Shown here: in pieces, positions 1 to 8,058 of the stretch | Position numbering within the stretch: position 1 is the first letter of the stretch | Layout: each line of letters starts with the position of its first letter | Assembly: GCF_000172995.2 (NCBI RefSeq) | Contig: NC_014729.1 | Coordinates: 2,310,001-2,342,000 of the forward strand | Direction of reading: 5' to 3' | Origin: Halogeometricum borinquense DSM 11551 | GTDB taxonomy: Archaea > Halobacteriota > Halobacteria > Halobacteriales > Haloferacaceae | Length of the DNA stretch: 32,000 nucleotides | Notes under the pieces: model-generated | What the model was told of the DNA's origin: nothing | Databases searched by the model: none | The model's input: only the letters and a program-made list of their open reading frames with translations | Position numbers and translations under genes: made by a program

Positions 1-2
1 TC

Positions 3-482
3 CGTTCACCACGTCTCAATTCATCGGCGTCCGACTGCCACGAACCTGCGACGGGACTCGATCCGAACGGGGTTGCGAAACTCCAAGAACTAATCCAGAC
101 CGCATCGCAAAGTGGGACGACGGTACTCGTTTCGAGCCATCGACTGGAACGTGTCGCCGCCGCCGCAGACCGTATCGGCGTCCTCATCGACGGCGACTTC
201 GTGACTATCGACAGCGTCTCGGCAATCCGTGAGCAGACTGGTGCCACGATTGAACTTTCAGTCGAACTGGCCGAAGCGCGAGACGACGTCCGGCAGGCCA
301 TCTCGGAGATTGAAGGTGTCGAAAACGTGGCCGCCTCCGAAACGGAATTACAGATCGTCTGCGACTCCTCAACGAAATCCACGGTACTCAACATGCTGGT
401 GCGACACGGAGTAGAAGTCGTGGACTTCACCGCAAGCGAACCGGATCTCACCGACGCATTTCGAGAATTGACATTCTCTTGA
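3..482 (+). CDS. ABC transporter ATP-binding protein, C-terminal part (5' end lies outside the window)
   Basis: Frame 3 is open from the window edge. The translation ...HEPATGLDPNGVAKLQELIQTASQSGTTVLVSSHRLERVAAAADRIGVLIDGDFV... shows the Walker-B/D-loop and H-loop (SSH) region of ABC ATPases, followed by a ~90 aa C-terminal domain. Track ORF 201..482 is only its tail. Confidence 0.7.
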   Translation, partial: RSPRLNSSASDCHEPATGLDPNGVAKLQELIQTASQSGTTVLVSSHRLERVAAAADRIGVLIDGDFVTIDSVSAIREQTGATIELSVELAEARDDVRQAISEIEGVENVAASETELQIVCDSSTKSTVLNMLVRHGVEVVDFTASEPDLTDAFRELTFS

Positions 483-607
483 ATTTTTATGGCCTGTTCG
501 GCCCCGCTTCCGGCGGCAGATAGCATACATAGACTACGTATGTGAACACCTTACTCGACTCCGAGTTCATCATCGGGCTTTTTACTCGCTCGGCTGTAGT
601 CGGTGCT

Positions 608-2368
608 ATGAGAAATGCGAAAATCGTCTGTACGCTCGGACCGGCGTCCGACGACCAGGCGACGATTCGGGCGCTCTCCGACGCAGGGATGAGCGTTGCC
701 CGTCTGAACGCCAGTCACGGCACGCCGGAGCACAGAGCCGAGGTCATCGACCGCATTCGAACGGTTGACGACGCTACCACGGAACCACTCGCCGCGATGG
801 TGGATCTACAGGGTCCCGAAGTGCGGACCGCACCCATCGACGAACCGATCCACCTCGACACGGGGAGCGAAGTCCGATTCATCGAAGGCGACGAGGCAAC
901 GCCAGCGGAAGTCGGCGTCTCTCACCCCATCGATGCCGCCGAGAAGGGCGATACGATCCTCCTCGACGACGGACGCATCGAGGCCACCGTCGAACGCGTC
1001 GAGGGCGGCGCGGTCGTCGCCTACATCGACTCGGGCGGCGAACTCGGCAGTCGCAAGGGCGTCAACCTGCCGGGCGTCAAACTCGATATCGACCTCATCA
1101 CCGAGGGCGACCGGCGCGAACTCGAAGTCGCCGCCGAGAAGAACGCAGACTTCGTGGCCGCCTCGTTCGTCCGCTCTGCGGAAGACGTGTACACGATCAG
1201 CGACGCACTGGAGAACCTCGGCGCTGACATCCCCGTCGTGGCGAAAATCGAACGCGCGGGTGCCGTCGAGAACCTCGAAGAGATCATCGAGGCATCCTAC
1301 GGCGTGATGGTCGCCCGCGGTGACCTCGGTGTCGAGATGCCGCTCGAAGAAGTTCCGATCATTCAAAAGCGCATCATCCGCCGGTGTCACGCGACGGGCA
1401 CGCCCGTGATCACCGCCACGGAGATGCTCGACTCGATGGTTCACTCGCGGCGACCGACCCGCGCAGAGGCCTCTGACGTTGCCAACGCCGTCCTCGACGG
1501 TACCGACGCCGTGATGCTCTCCGGCGAGACGGCCATCGGTGACAATCCCGTCCGCGTCGTAGAGACGATGGACAGCATCGTCCGACAGGTCGAATCCAGT
1601 CCCGAGTACGGAGAGAATCAAGAGCAACACGTCCCGGTCGCCGAAGACGACTCCCGGACGGAAGCGCTCGCACGCTCCGCGCGGTATCTCTCCCGTGACG
1701 TGAACGCCAGCGCGATTGTCGCCGCTTCCGAGTCGGGGTACACCGCACGGAAGACCGCGAAGTTCCGCCCCGGCGTTCCCGTCGTCGCCACGACACCGAA
1801 CGACCGCGTGCGCCGTCAACTCGCGCTCTCGTGGGGTGTCATCCCCAAGTACGCCGACTACCGCGCCGGTATCGACGATATCATGGACGACGCCGTTGAC
1901 GCCGCTCTCGACGCCGACGTAGCCGACTCGGGCGATACGCTCGTCGTCCTTTCGGGGATGATGACCGAATTAGAAGGGACGAACACGACGAACATGCTCA
2001 AAGTCCACGTCGCCGCGGAGGCCGTCGCCACCGGACGGAAGGTGGTCGGCGGACGCATCTCCGGACCGCTGGCGATCACGTCTGACGGCGACCTCTCGGA
2101 CGTTCCCGACGGAGCGCTTCTCGCCCTCCCCGCAGAATTCGACGGCGAGTTCCACGGTGATGCGAAGAAACTCGGCGGAATCATCGATGCACGCCCCGGC
2201 ATGACCGGCTATCCGGCCCTCGTCGCCCGTGAACTCGATCTTCCGATGGTTTCGGGCGCACCGCTCCCCGAGAGCATCGAACCCGGAACCGAACTCACTC
2301 TCCACGCCGAACGTGGCGTCGTCTACGAGGGCAACGTCCTCAAGCACGAATCCACGCGCGATCCGTAG
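608..2368 (+). CDS. pykA: Pyruvate kinase with C-terminal PEP-utilising-enzyme-like mobile domain
   Basis: MRNAKIVCTLGPAS..., ARLNASHG, MVARGDLGVE and TEMLDSM are classic pyruvate kinase motifs. The extra ~110 aa C-terminus contains GMTGYPALVARELDLPMVSG. I chose ATG 608 rather than the track GTG 542 because the conserved N-terminus begins there. Confidence 0.95.
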   Translation: MRNAKIVCTLGPASDDQATIRALSDAGMSVARLNASHGTPEHRAEVIDRIRTVDDATTEPLAAMVDLQGPEVRTAPIDEPIHLDTGSEVRFIEGDEATPAEVGVSHPIDAAEKGDTILLDDGRIEATVERVEGGAVVAYIDSGGELGSRKGVNLPGVKLDIDLITEGDRRELEVAAEKNADFVAASFVRSAEDVYTISDALENLGADIPVVAKIERAGAVENLEEIIEASYGVMVARGDLGVEMPLEEVPIIQKRIIRRCHATGTPVITATEMLDSMVHSRRPTRAEASDVANAVLDGTDAVMLSGETAIGDNPVRVVETMDSIVRQVESSPEYGENQEQHVPVAEDDSRTEALARSARYLSRDVNASAIVAASESGYTARKTAKFRPGVPVVATTPNDRVRRQLALSWGVIPKYADYRAGIDDIMDDAVDAALDADVADSGDTLVVLSGMMTELEGTNTTNMLKVHVAAEAVATGRKVVGGRISGPLAITSDGDLSDVPDGALLALPAEFDGEFHGDAKKLGGIIDARPGMTGYPALVARELDLPMVSGAPLPESIEPGTELTLHAERGVVYEGNVLKHESTRDP

Positions 2369-2456
2369 TCGATCTCTCTAACGGACATTCGGTGCAGAAC
2401 TGACGGACGCCGCCGTGGCGGTAGGCCTTTGACGACCCGTCTCTTAGCGTCGCGTG

Positions 2457-2687
2457 ATGGATACCCGCGACGATGTCGAAAACCGCCGGGACGACCCCAG
2501 CGATTCGAACCGGCCCGATAGCGCCGGGGGACGGAGCGAACCGGACGGGGTGGCTGTCGAAGACGCGCTCGAAGACGAGCGACCGGAACTCGGCCCGCTC
2601 GAACCCGGGACACCGACTGCGGAAAACGTTCTCTTCGTGATCCTCGGTGCGCTCGCCACCGTTCTCCTGTTCGTAACCGCGTTCTGA
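2457..2687 (+). CDS. Small acidic protein with a C-terminal transmembrane helix (hypothetical)
   Basis: Acidic N-terminal part with halophile-like composition, plus one hydrophobic helix VLFVILGALATVLLFVTAF at the C-terminus. ATG at 2457 follows GTG 2454. I recognise no homology. Confidence 0.45.
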   Translation: MDTRDDVENRRDDPSDSNRPDSAGGRSEPDGVAVEDALEDERPELGPLEPGTPTAENVLFVILGALATVLLFVTAF

Positions 2688-2811
2688 ACCGGACAACGGC
2701 CGGATTTGGTGAATACGTGTCATTTTATCTGTCAAATTATCAGTTCTGAATACTCGACCGCAGTCTTTTATTTAGGATGCCGGGTAGTGAGGGGTAACTG
2801 CCGCTCTCCCG

Positions 2812-4632
2812 ATGCAATCGATACGCACTCTCACGGCGTTGGCCGCAGTAGTACTGCTCGTCACCGCCGGACCTGCCCCCGCATTCGCCCTCTCGCCCGA
2901 TGAGCACGCGCACTCGTCTGTCGAGGTGGACGCGTCCGCACAGTCTACGTTCGCACAAACGGACGACTCTGCCTCCGGGTCGTTCGGTAGTGGCGACATA
3001 ACCGTCACTCGCGGCGACGAAGTGACGTTCACCGTCAGCCACTCCGGACCCGCGAACGTCACCATCGGCGGCCCGAACAACGGACTCAACCTCCGCATCC
3101 ATCTCGGTGGGAGTGGAAGTTCTGAGATTACGATCGACACGTACGCGACGAATAAGAACGCAAGCGAGTTTGTCGATGGCGGGTCTCCTGAACTGCTGTC
3201 TGGAAAGCTGTCGAAACCGCTCGAACCGGCCGACTACTTCATGAACGTCAGCGTGGGTGGCGACGAACGCGACGTGACGACGCTCACGGTCGAACCGCGC
3301 GGTGAGATGTCTGCCGAGTCGCTCATCGCCCCCTCGACAGTTTCCCCGCCAGCATCTTCATCGGGCAAAGAAGGGGATGCAGACCTCGGTGACCTTGGGG
3401 GAGTTCTATCCAGCGACAATCGTCTCGCCCCCGGAGAGTACGCCGTGATGAAAGTCCACGAGTCTAGCTTGGAAACGTCGCTGAACGCCGAAGCGCTGTC
3501 CGGTAACGACGCGTCCAACGGGATCAAGTTGAACGTCACGCAGACCAATCCCGGCCCGAACCGAGACCCGAGGGAGTACGTCGCCACCGCGGATCCTGAA
3601 GCGAACGTCACTGTCCTCCCGCAGTTCGAACAAGACACGGTGTACTTCGTCTTAGACACCTCGAAACTCCCCGTTCAAAAGCAGAGCGAGTGGAACAAGT
3701 ACAAGATGCGCTTGGCGCTCACCGAGGAGAACAGTCTGGTCGATGAGGACACAGTCGTCGCCGAGACGGCGTTCCAACTCGACAAGCCGAAAGTGACGCT
3801 GTCGCCGGTGAATGATTCGGTCCACTACCCGTGGGACCCCGACACGTTCACCGTCCGCGGGACGACGACGCGTGCGCCGAACACGACGCTCGAAGTGCGT
3901 CTGCGGTCGCCGAAACCCGATGCGTTCCTCCTCATCGAGGACGCGACGGTGGATGCAAACCGGGAGTACGAGGCGACGTTCGACCTGAGTGACGTGACTC
4001 GCGGCGTGAACGCGACGCTCTGGACGGAGGACGTGCGTTCCGGCGACCAGTTCTTCTTGAAGACCGCACAGGAGGTATCACTCGTCGCACCGAACGCGTC
4101 CGTCCGGTTCGAGAATCAATCCTCGGACGGTGCGCAGGTGTCGCTGTCTCATGTTGAAGTGCCCGAAGGCGGATTCGTCCGCATTCACGACGCCAAAGGC
4201 AACGGAGTCGGCCGCTCGGACTACCTCGCTCCGGGGCGATACGAGAACGTGAGCGCAGAGTTGTCGCTTCCGCTGTACAACGAGCAGACGCTCCGTGCCG
4301 AACTCGTGACCGACGACGGCGACGAGGCGTACTCCGAGAACGACACCGAGTACCGACGGTCCGACTGGGTCGTAAACGACACCGCGCGCATCGAGTTCGG
4401 TGCGCCGCCGACGGAGACACCGACCACTCAAACGCAGACGGCGACACCGACGCCCACCCCGACGCCGACGCCTACCGCGACGCCCTACCCCGTACAGACG
4501 GAGGAACCGTTGGAACCCTCCGGGGAGTCCACCGGGACGGGGATTCCGTTGTCACCGGCAGTGGCCGTCGTCGCACTCTTGGCGGCCGCCGGACTCCTCG
4601 TCCGCCGAACTGAGGGGGAGAAAGACGAATGA
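2812..4632 (+). CDS. Secreted cell-surface glycoprotein with Thr/Pro linker and PGF-CTERM-like C-terminal anchor
   Basis: Sec-type signal peptide MQSIRTLTALAAVVLLVTAGPAPAFA. I count 13 N-x-S/T sequons. Thr/Pro-rich linker TPTTQTQTATPTPTPTPTPTATP, then the hydrophobic helix AVAVVALLAAAGLLV followed by RR. Acidic composition. A TATA-like element lies at 2765-2776. Confidence 0.8.
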   Translation: MQSIRTLTALAAVVLLVTAGPAPAFALSPDEHAHSSVEVDASAQSTFAQTDDSASGSFGSGDITVTRGDEVTFTVSHSGPANVTIGGPNNGLNLRIHLGGSGSSEITIDTYATNKNASEFVDGGSPELLSGKLSKPLEPADYFMNVSVGGDERDVTTLTVEPRGEMSAESLIAPSTVSPPASSSGKEGDADLGDLGGVLSSDNRLAPGEYAVMKVHESSLETSLNAEALSGNDASNGIKLNVTQTNPGPNRDPREYVATADPEANVTVLPQFEQDTVYFVLDTSKLPVQKQSEWNKYKMRLALTEENSLVDEDTVVAETAFQLDKPKVTLSPVNDSVHYPWDPDTFTVRGTTTRAPNTTLEVRLRSPKPDAFLLIEDATVDANREYEATFDLSDVTRGVNATLWTEDVRSGDQFFLKTAQEVSLVAPNASVRFENQSSDGAQVSLSHVEVPEGGFVRIHDAKGNGVGRSDYLAPGRYENVSAELSLPLYNEQTLRAELVTDDGDEAYSENDTEYRRSDWVVNDTARIEFGAPPTETPTTQTQTATPTPTPTPTPTATPYPVQTEEPLEPSGESTGTGIPLSPAVAVVALLAAAGLLVRRTEGEKDE

Positions 4633-4671
4633 GAGAGAGACAGATCGAACTGACGGCAGCTGAGGTGTGCG

Positions 4672-5856
4672 ATGGATAAACTACCGGAACTCGAACCGGA
4701 CGCGTTCGTCTCATTCCTTGAGGATCTGTGGAACGAGCGCGGGTGGGATACCTCGGTGAAACAGCGCCCCGACGAGACGTTCTTCATCATCGGCAAGCGC
4801 GGCGACGGGAAGCGCGGTGTCCTATACGTGTTCCCGACGGTCGAATCGCACGTCAAAGAAAAGCACATGAAGCAGTTCGTCGGGTTCTGCCGGAAGAAGG
4901 GAATCGACGTGGGTGTCGTTGCGACGCAGGGCGCGTACGCCGATCCGAGCCGGCAGATAGCTGAATCGAAGGGGATCCACCTCTTAGACCGCGAGACACT
5001 CGCTGGAACCGTCAAGGAGGGTGGATTCGAAGACATCCTCGCCGAATACACCGGCGGCAGTGGTGGTCCCATCGGTGCAGTCCTCGCAACCCTTCAGTCG
5101 TACGGTGTCCCCGTTCCCGATACGCTCCCGTTCGATCTCCCGTCGTTCGACACGCAAGACATCATCGCTCGTCTGCCAATTGGCGACGACGCAGACGCAT
5201 CCGGCGAAGGTGAGTCGGTGGGTGAGCCACAGCAAGGCGGCTTTGACAGTAGCACCGACGGTGACGGAGACAGCGAGTCATCGCTCCCCGGCCCGTTGAC
5301 GAGCATCCCCCGACCGAACATCGTTCTCCCGGTGGCGCTTTTGCTCCTCATCGTCTTCTTGGTCGGGTCAGCTGTCGGTCCGACCCTCGGTCTTCCGGTC
5401 ATCGGGGGTGGAAGTGGGGGCACGAGTGGAGATGCGGTGTCCGTCTCCGCGCTCTCGACCGCCGGGGCGAATGCGACGGCCGAAGTGCGGTGGAACTCGC
5501 GGACGACGAAGACGCTGACTGTGAACGGAACAACGTACACGGCCCCGGAAAACGAGACGTTCGTCCTCGTCAGGATGAACGTGACCAACCACAACGAGTC
5601 GCCGATGTCGTTCGGTCAGTCGTCGCTGGCGCTGGAAGTCGCCGGTGAACGGTACGGCTACCAGCCGCTGAACGGCACGACCGGATTCGCGGAGGGCGGC
5701 CTGTTCGCACCGAACGACCCCAGAGAAGTGTGGCTCGCGTTCACCGTCCCGAAGGACGCGACGAGCGGAACACTCGTCCTCAGAGACGCCGACCTAGCGG
5801 TTCGGTTCGTCCACGACAGCAGTATCGAACCCGAGGCGACGGAGCCATCGCCGTAA
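4672..5856 (+). CDS. Membrane protein: N-terminal Mrr-type restriction-endonuclease-fold domain, one TM helix, C-terminal DUF4352-like extracellular domain
   Basis: The N-terminus resembles Mrr_cat (FVSFLEDLWNERGWD..PDETFFIIGKRGDG..VGVVATQGAYADPSRQIAESKGIHLLDRETL). An acidic linker follows, then the TM helix IVLPVALLLLIVFLVGSAVGPTL. The C-terminal beta-rich domain carries 6 sequons and a DUF4352-like pattern (FVLVRMNVTNHNESPMSF...VWLAFTVPKDA). Confidence 0.75.
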   Translation: MDKLPELEPDAFVSFLEDLWNERGWDTSVKQRPDETFFIIGKRGDGKRGVLYVFPTVESHVKEKHMKQFVGFCRKKGIDVGVVATQGAYADPSRQIAESKGIHLLDRETLAGTVKEGGFEDILAEYTGGSGGPIGAVLATLQSYGVPVPDTLPFDLPSFDTQDIIARLPIGDDADASGEGESVGEPQQGGFDSSTDGDGDSESSLPGPLTSIPRPNIVLPVALLLLIVFLVGSAVGPTLGLPVIGGGSGGTSGDAVSVSALSTAGANATAEVRWNSRTTKTLTVNGTTYTAPENETFVLVRMNVTNHNESPMSFGQSSLALEVAGERYGYQPLNGTTGFAEGGLFAPNDPREVWLAFTVPKDATSGTLVLRDADLAVRFVHDSSIEPEATEPSP

Positions 5857-5877
5857 CAGGGTGACAACGCTTAATCA

Positions 5878-6534
5878 ATGCCCTTCCCTAGTTCCGGTAT
5901 GCTACGGTCGCCGCTCACGGCGTTCCTGCAACCGACTATTCCGCCGGACTTACTCCCGTACATGCTCATCGTTGCGGGAATCGGTGTTTCGCTTGCAGAA
6001 GCGTTAGCACCGGGCGCGCATCTCATCGTTCTCGGCGTTGCGCTGTTAGCAGCAGGACTGATCGGACTGCTCCTCGGGCCGTCACTTGCAGGCCCTATCG
6101 TCCTGGGCGTTCTCGTACTCGTGTTCGGTGCACTCGCACTGTACGGCTACCGCGAATTCGACCTGTACGGCGGGAAAGGAAGCGGAAAGACGAGCGATTC
6201 GGCGTCGCTCAAAGGCCGAACCGCCCGCGTCACAGAACGCGTCACACCGACGCAGGGAGAGGTCAAACTCGACGAGGGGGGCGGATTTAACCCGTACTAC
6301 GCCGCCCGGTCGGTCAGCGGCGAGATTCCGGAGGGAAGCGAGGTGATGGTCGTTGATCCGGGTGGCGGTAACGTCATCACCGTCGAATCCTTCGAAGGAA
6401 CGCTCGACGACATTGACAGAGAACTCGCACGAGGGCGGTCGAACGACGGTGAGGGGCGGTCGAGCAGTGACGACGAAGATGGGGAGACAGTGACTGACGA
6501 CAGCGAGACGGAGACCGAACAAGCCAAAGACTAG
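5878..6534 (+). CDS. NfeD family membrane protein (short form, C-terminal OB-fold)
   Basis: N-terminal TM helices, then GRTARVTERVTPTQGEVKLDEGGGFNPYYAARSVSGEIPEGSEVMVVDPGGGNVITVE, typical of the NfeD OB domain. It lies directly upstream of an SPFH gene. The alternative start ATG 5899 fits a TATA-like cttaatca at 5869-5877. Confidence 0.85.
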   Translation: MPFPSSGMLRSPLTAFLQPTIPPDLLPYMLIVAGIGVSLAEALAPGAHLIVLGVALLAAGLIGLLLGPSLAGPIVLGVLVLVFGALALYGYREFDLYGGKGSGKTSDSASLKGRTARVTERVTPTQGEVKLDEGGGFNPYYAARSVSGEIPEGSEVMVVDPGGGNVITVESFEGTLDDIDRELARGRSNDGEGRSSSDDEDGETVTDDSETETEQAKD

Positions 6535-6591
6535 TCACAGAACGGACACAGCGTCCGGCACAAACGCCGGACGCGGTTGTAACGGGCGAAC

Positions 6592-6602
6592 TCTTATTTA
6601 AC
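6592..6602 (+). promoter_or_regulatory. TATA-like element for the SPFH gene (leaderless spacing)
   Basis: tcttatttaac is centred ~25 nt upstream of ATG 6623. Confidence 0.45.
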
Positions 6603-6622
6603 CAACACACCAAGCCCCAGCT

Positions 6623-7840
6623 ATGGTACTGGACCCCGTTGTATTACAGGCAGGCACACTCGGCGCATACATGGTCGGGTTACTCGTCCTGCTGCTCGCG
6701 GTTGTGACCGTCTATCAGATGGTCGAAATCGTGGATGCATACGAAAAGAAGGCACTCACCGTCTTCGGTGAGTACCGCAAACTGCTCGAACCGGGTATCA
6801 ACTTCATCCCGCCGTTCGTCTCACGGACGTACGCGTTCGACATGCGGACGCAGACACTCGACGTGCCTCGACAGGAAGCGATTACCCGAGACAACTCGCC
6901 TGTCACCGCCGACGCCGTCGTCTACATCAAGGTGATGGACGCCCGCAAGGCGTTCCTCGAAGTTGACGACTACAAAAAGGCCGTCTCGAATCTCGCGCAG
7001 ACGACGCTCCGTGCCGTGCTCGGTGACATGGAACTCGACGACACGCTGAACAAGCGACAGGAGATTAACGCCCGGATCCGGAAGGAACTGGACGAACCCA
7101 CGGACGAGTGGGGTGTTCGCGTCGAGAGCGTCGAAGTCCGCGAGGTCAACCCCTCCCAAGACGTCCAGCAGGCGATGGAGCAGCAGACCTCCGCGGAACG
7201 TCGCCGCCGTGCGATGATCCTCGAAGCGCAGGGTGAACGGCGCTCTGCCGTCGAACAGGCCGAAGGTGAAAAGCAGTCGAACATCATCCGCGCACAGGGT
7301 GAAAAGCAGAGCCAGATCCTCGAAGCGCAGGGTGACGCGATTTCGACCGTTCTCCGTGCGAAATCCGCCGAATCGATGGGCGAGCGCGCCATCATCGAGA
7401 AAGGAATGGAGACGCTCGAACACATCGGCCAGGGCGAATCCACGACGTTCGTCCTCCCGCAGGAACTCACCAGTCTCGTCGGTCGGTACGGCCGACAGCT
7501 CACTGATTCGGACGTGCAGGAGCAGGCTGGACTCGACAGTCTCGACTTCGATGAGGAGACGCGCGAACTCATCGGCCTAGACGACATCGAAGAGATTCTC
7601 GGCCAGATCGACGAGGCGGCCGAGATGAACGTCGAAGAACTCGAACAGGAGGCGCAAGCGATCAAAGAAGGCGCAGATCCCGACATCAAGAGCCCGGACG
7701 AAGTCGTCGCGGAAGCTGATGCCGAGGACAAATCCAGCATCAAGGAAGCCGACGAAGTAGTCGCTGAAGCCGACGGTGAATCAAACGGTTCAGCGGACGG
7801 AACCAGCGACGAAGAGCGGGAAACAGAAAAAGAAGTGTAG
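6623..7840 (+). CDS. SPFH/band 7 (stomatin-like) protein with long acidic C-terminal tail
   Basis: N-terminal TM helix; an SPFH core (ALTVFGEYRKLLEPGINFIPPFV...VPRQEAITRDNSPVTADAVVYIKV...); and a coiled AQGE(K/R)xS repeat region. Forms the classic NfeD-stomatin pair with the gene upstream. Confidence 0.92.
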   Translation: MVLDPVVLQAGTLGAYMVGLLVLLLAVVTVYQMVEIVDAYEKKALTVFGEYRKLLEPGINFIPPFVSRTYAFDMRTQTLDVPRQEAITRDNSPVTADAVVYIKVMDARKAFLEVDDYKKAVSNLAQTTLRAVLGDMELDDTLNKRQEINARIRKELDEPTDEWGVRVESVEVREVNPSQDVQQAMEQQTSAERRRRAMILEAQGERRSAVEQAEGEKQSNIIRAQGEKQSQILEAQGDAISTVLRAKSAESMGERAIIEKGMETLEHIGQGESTTFVLPQELTSLVGRYGRQLTDSDVQEQAGLDSLDFDEETRELIGLDDIEEILGQIDEAAEMNVEELEQEAQAIKEGADPDIKSPDEVVAEADAEDKSSIKEADEVVAEADGESNGSADGTSDEERETEKEV

Positions 7841-7876
7841 GTCTTCCCTCCCGGGCACCCCCGCTCGGACGATTGC

Positions 7877-7935
7877 TGATCGGATGTGCGACACCTAATC
7901 GAATGAACAATTTTTGATCGGATTTCTGATCGGAT
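7877..7935. repeat. Three direct copies of TGATCGGAT in the intergenic region upstream of the regulator gene
   Basis: Exact 9-mers at 7877-7885, 7915-7923 and 7927-7935. Confidence 0.6.
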
Positions 7936-7968
7936 ACGAAAACAGAGCGGGAAAACGAAAACGGGAGC

Positions 7969-7980
7969 GAGAACGTTCTC
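7969..7980. promoter_or_regulatory. Perfect 12-bp palindrome GAGAACGTTCTC (candidate operator)
   Basis: Read directly from the sequence, ~80 nt upstream of the regulator start at 8059. Confidence 0.4.
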
Positions 7981-8058
7981 AAAAACCGACCGAAGGCCCG
8001 CTCGCCTATTGGAGCGAAGCGTTTTTGTCGAAAAGATTCCAATTGAGGGTACAAACAG

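Noticed and set aside
806-1819. 337-aa minus-strand ORF inside pykA
   Set aside because: It is antisense to a strongly supported gene. Its Arg/Gly/Val-rich, basic composition is typical of shadow ORFs in GC-rich DNA, and I recognise no motif.
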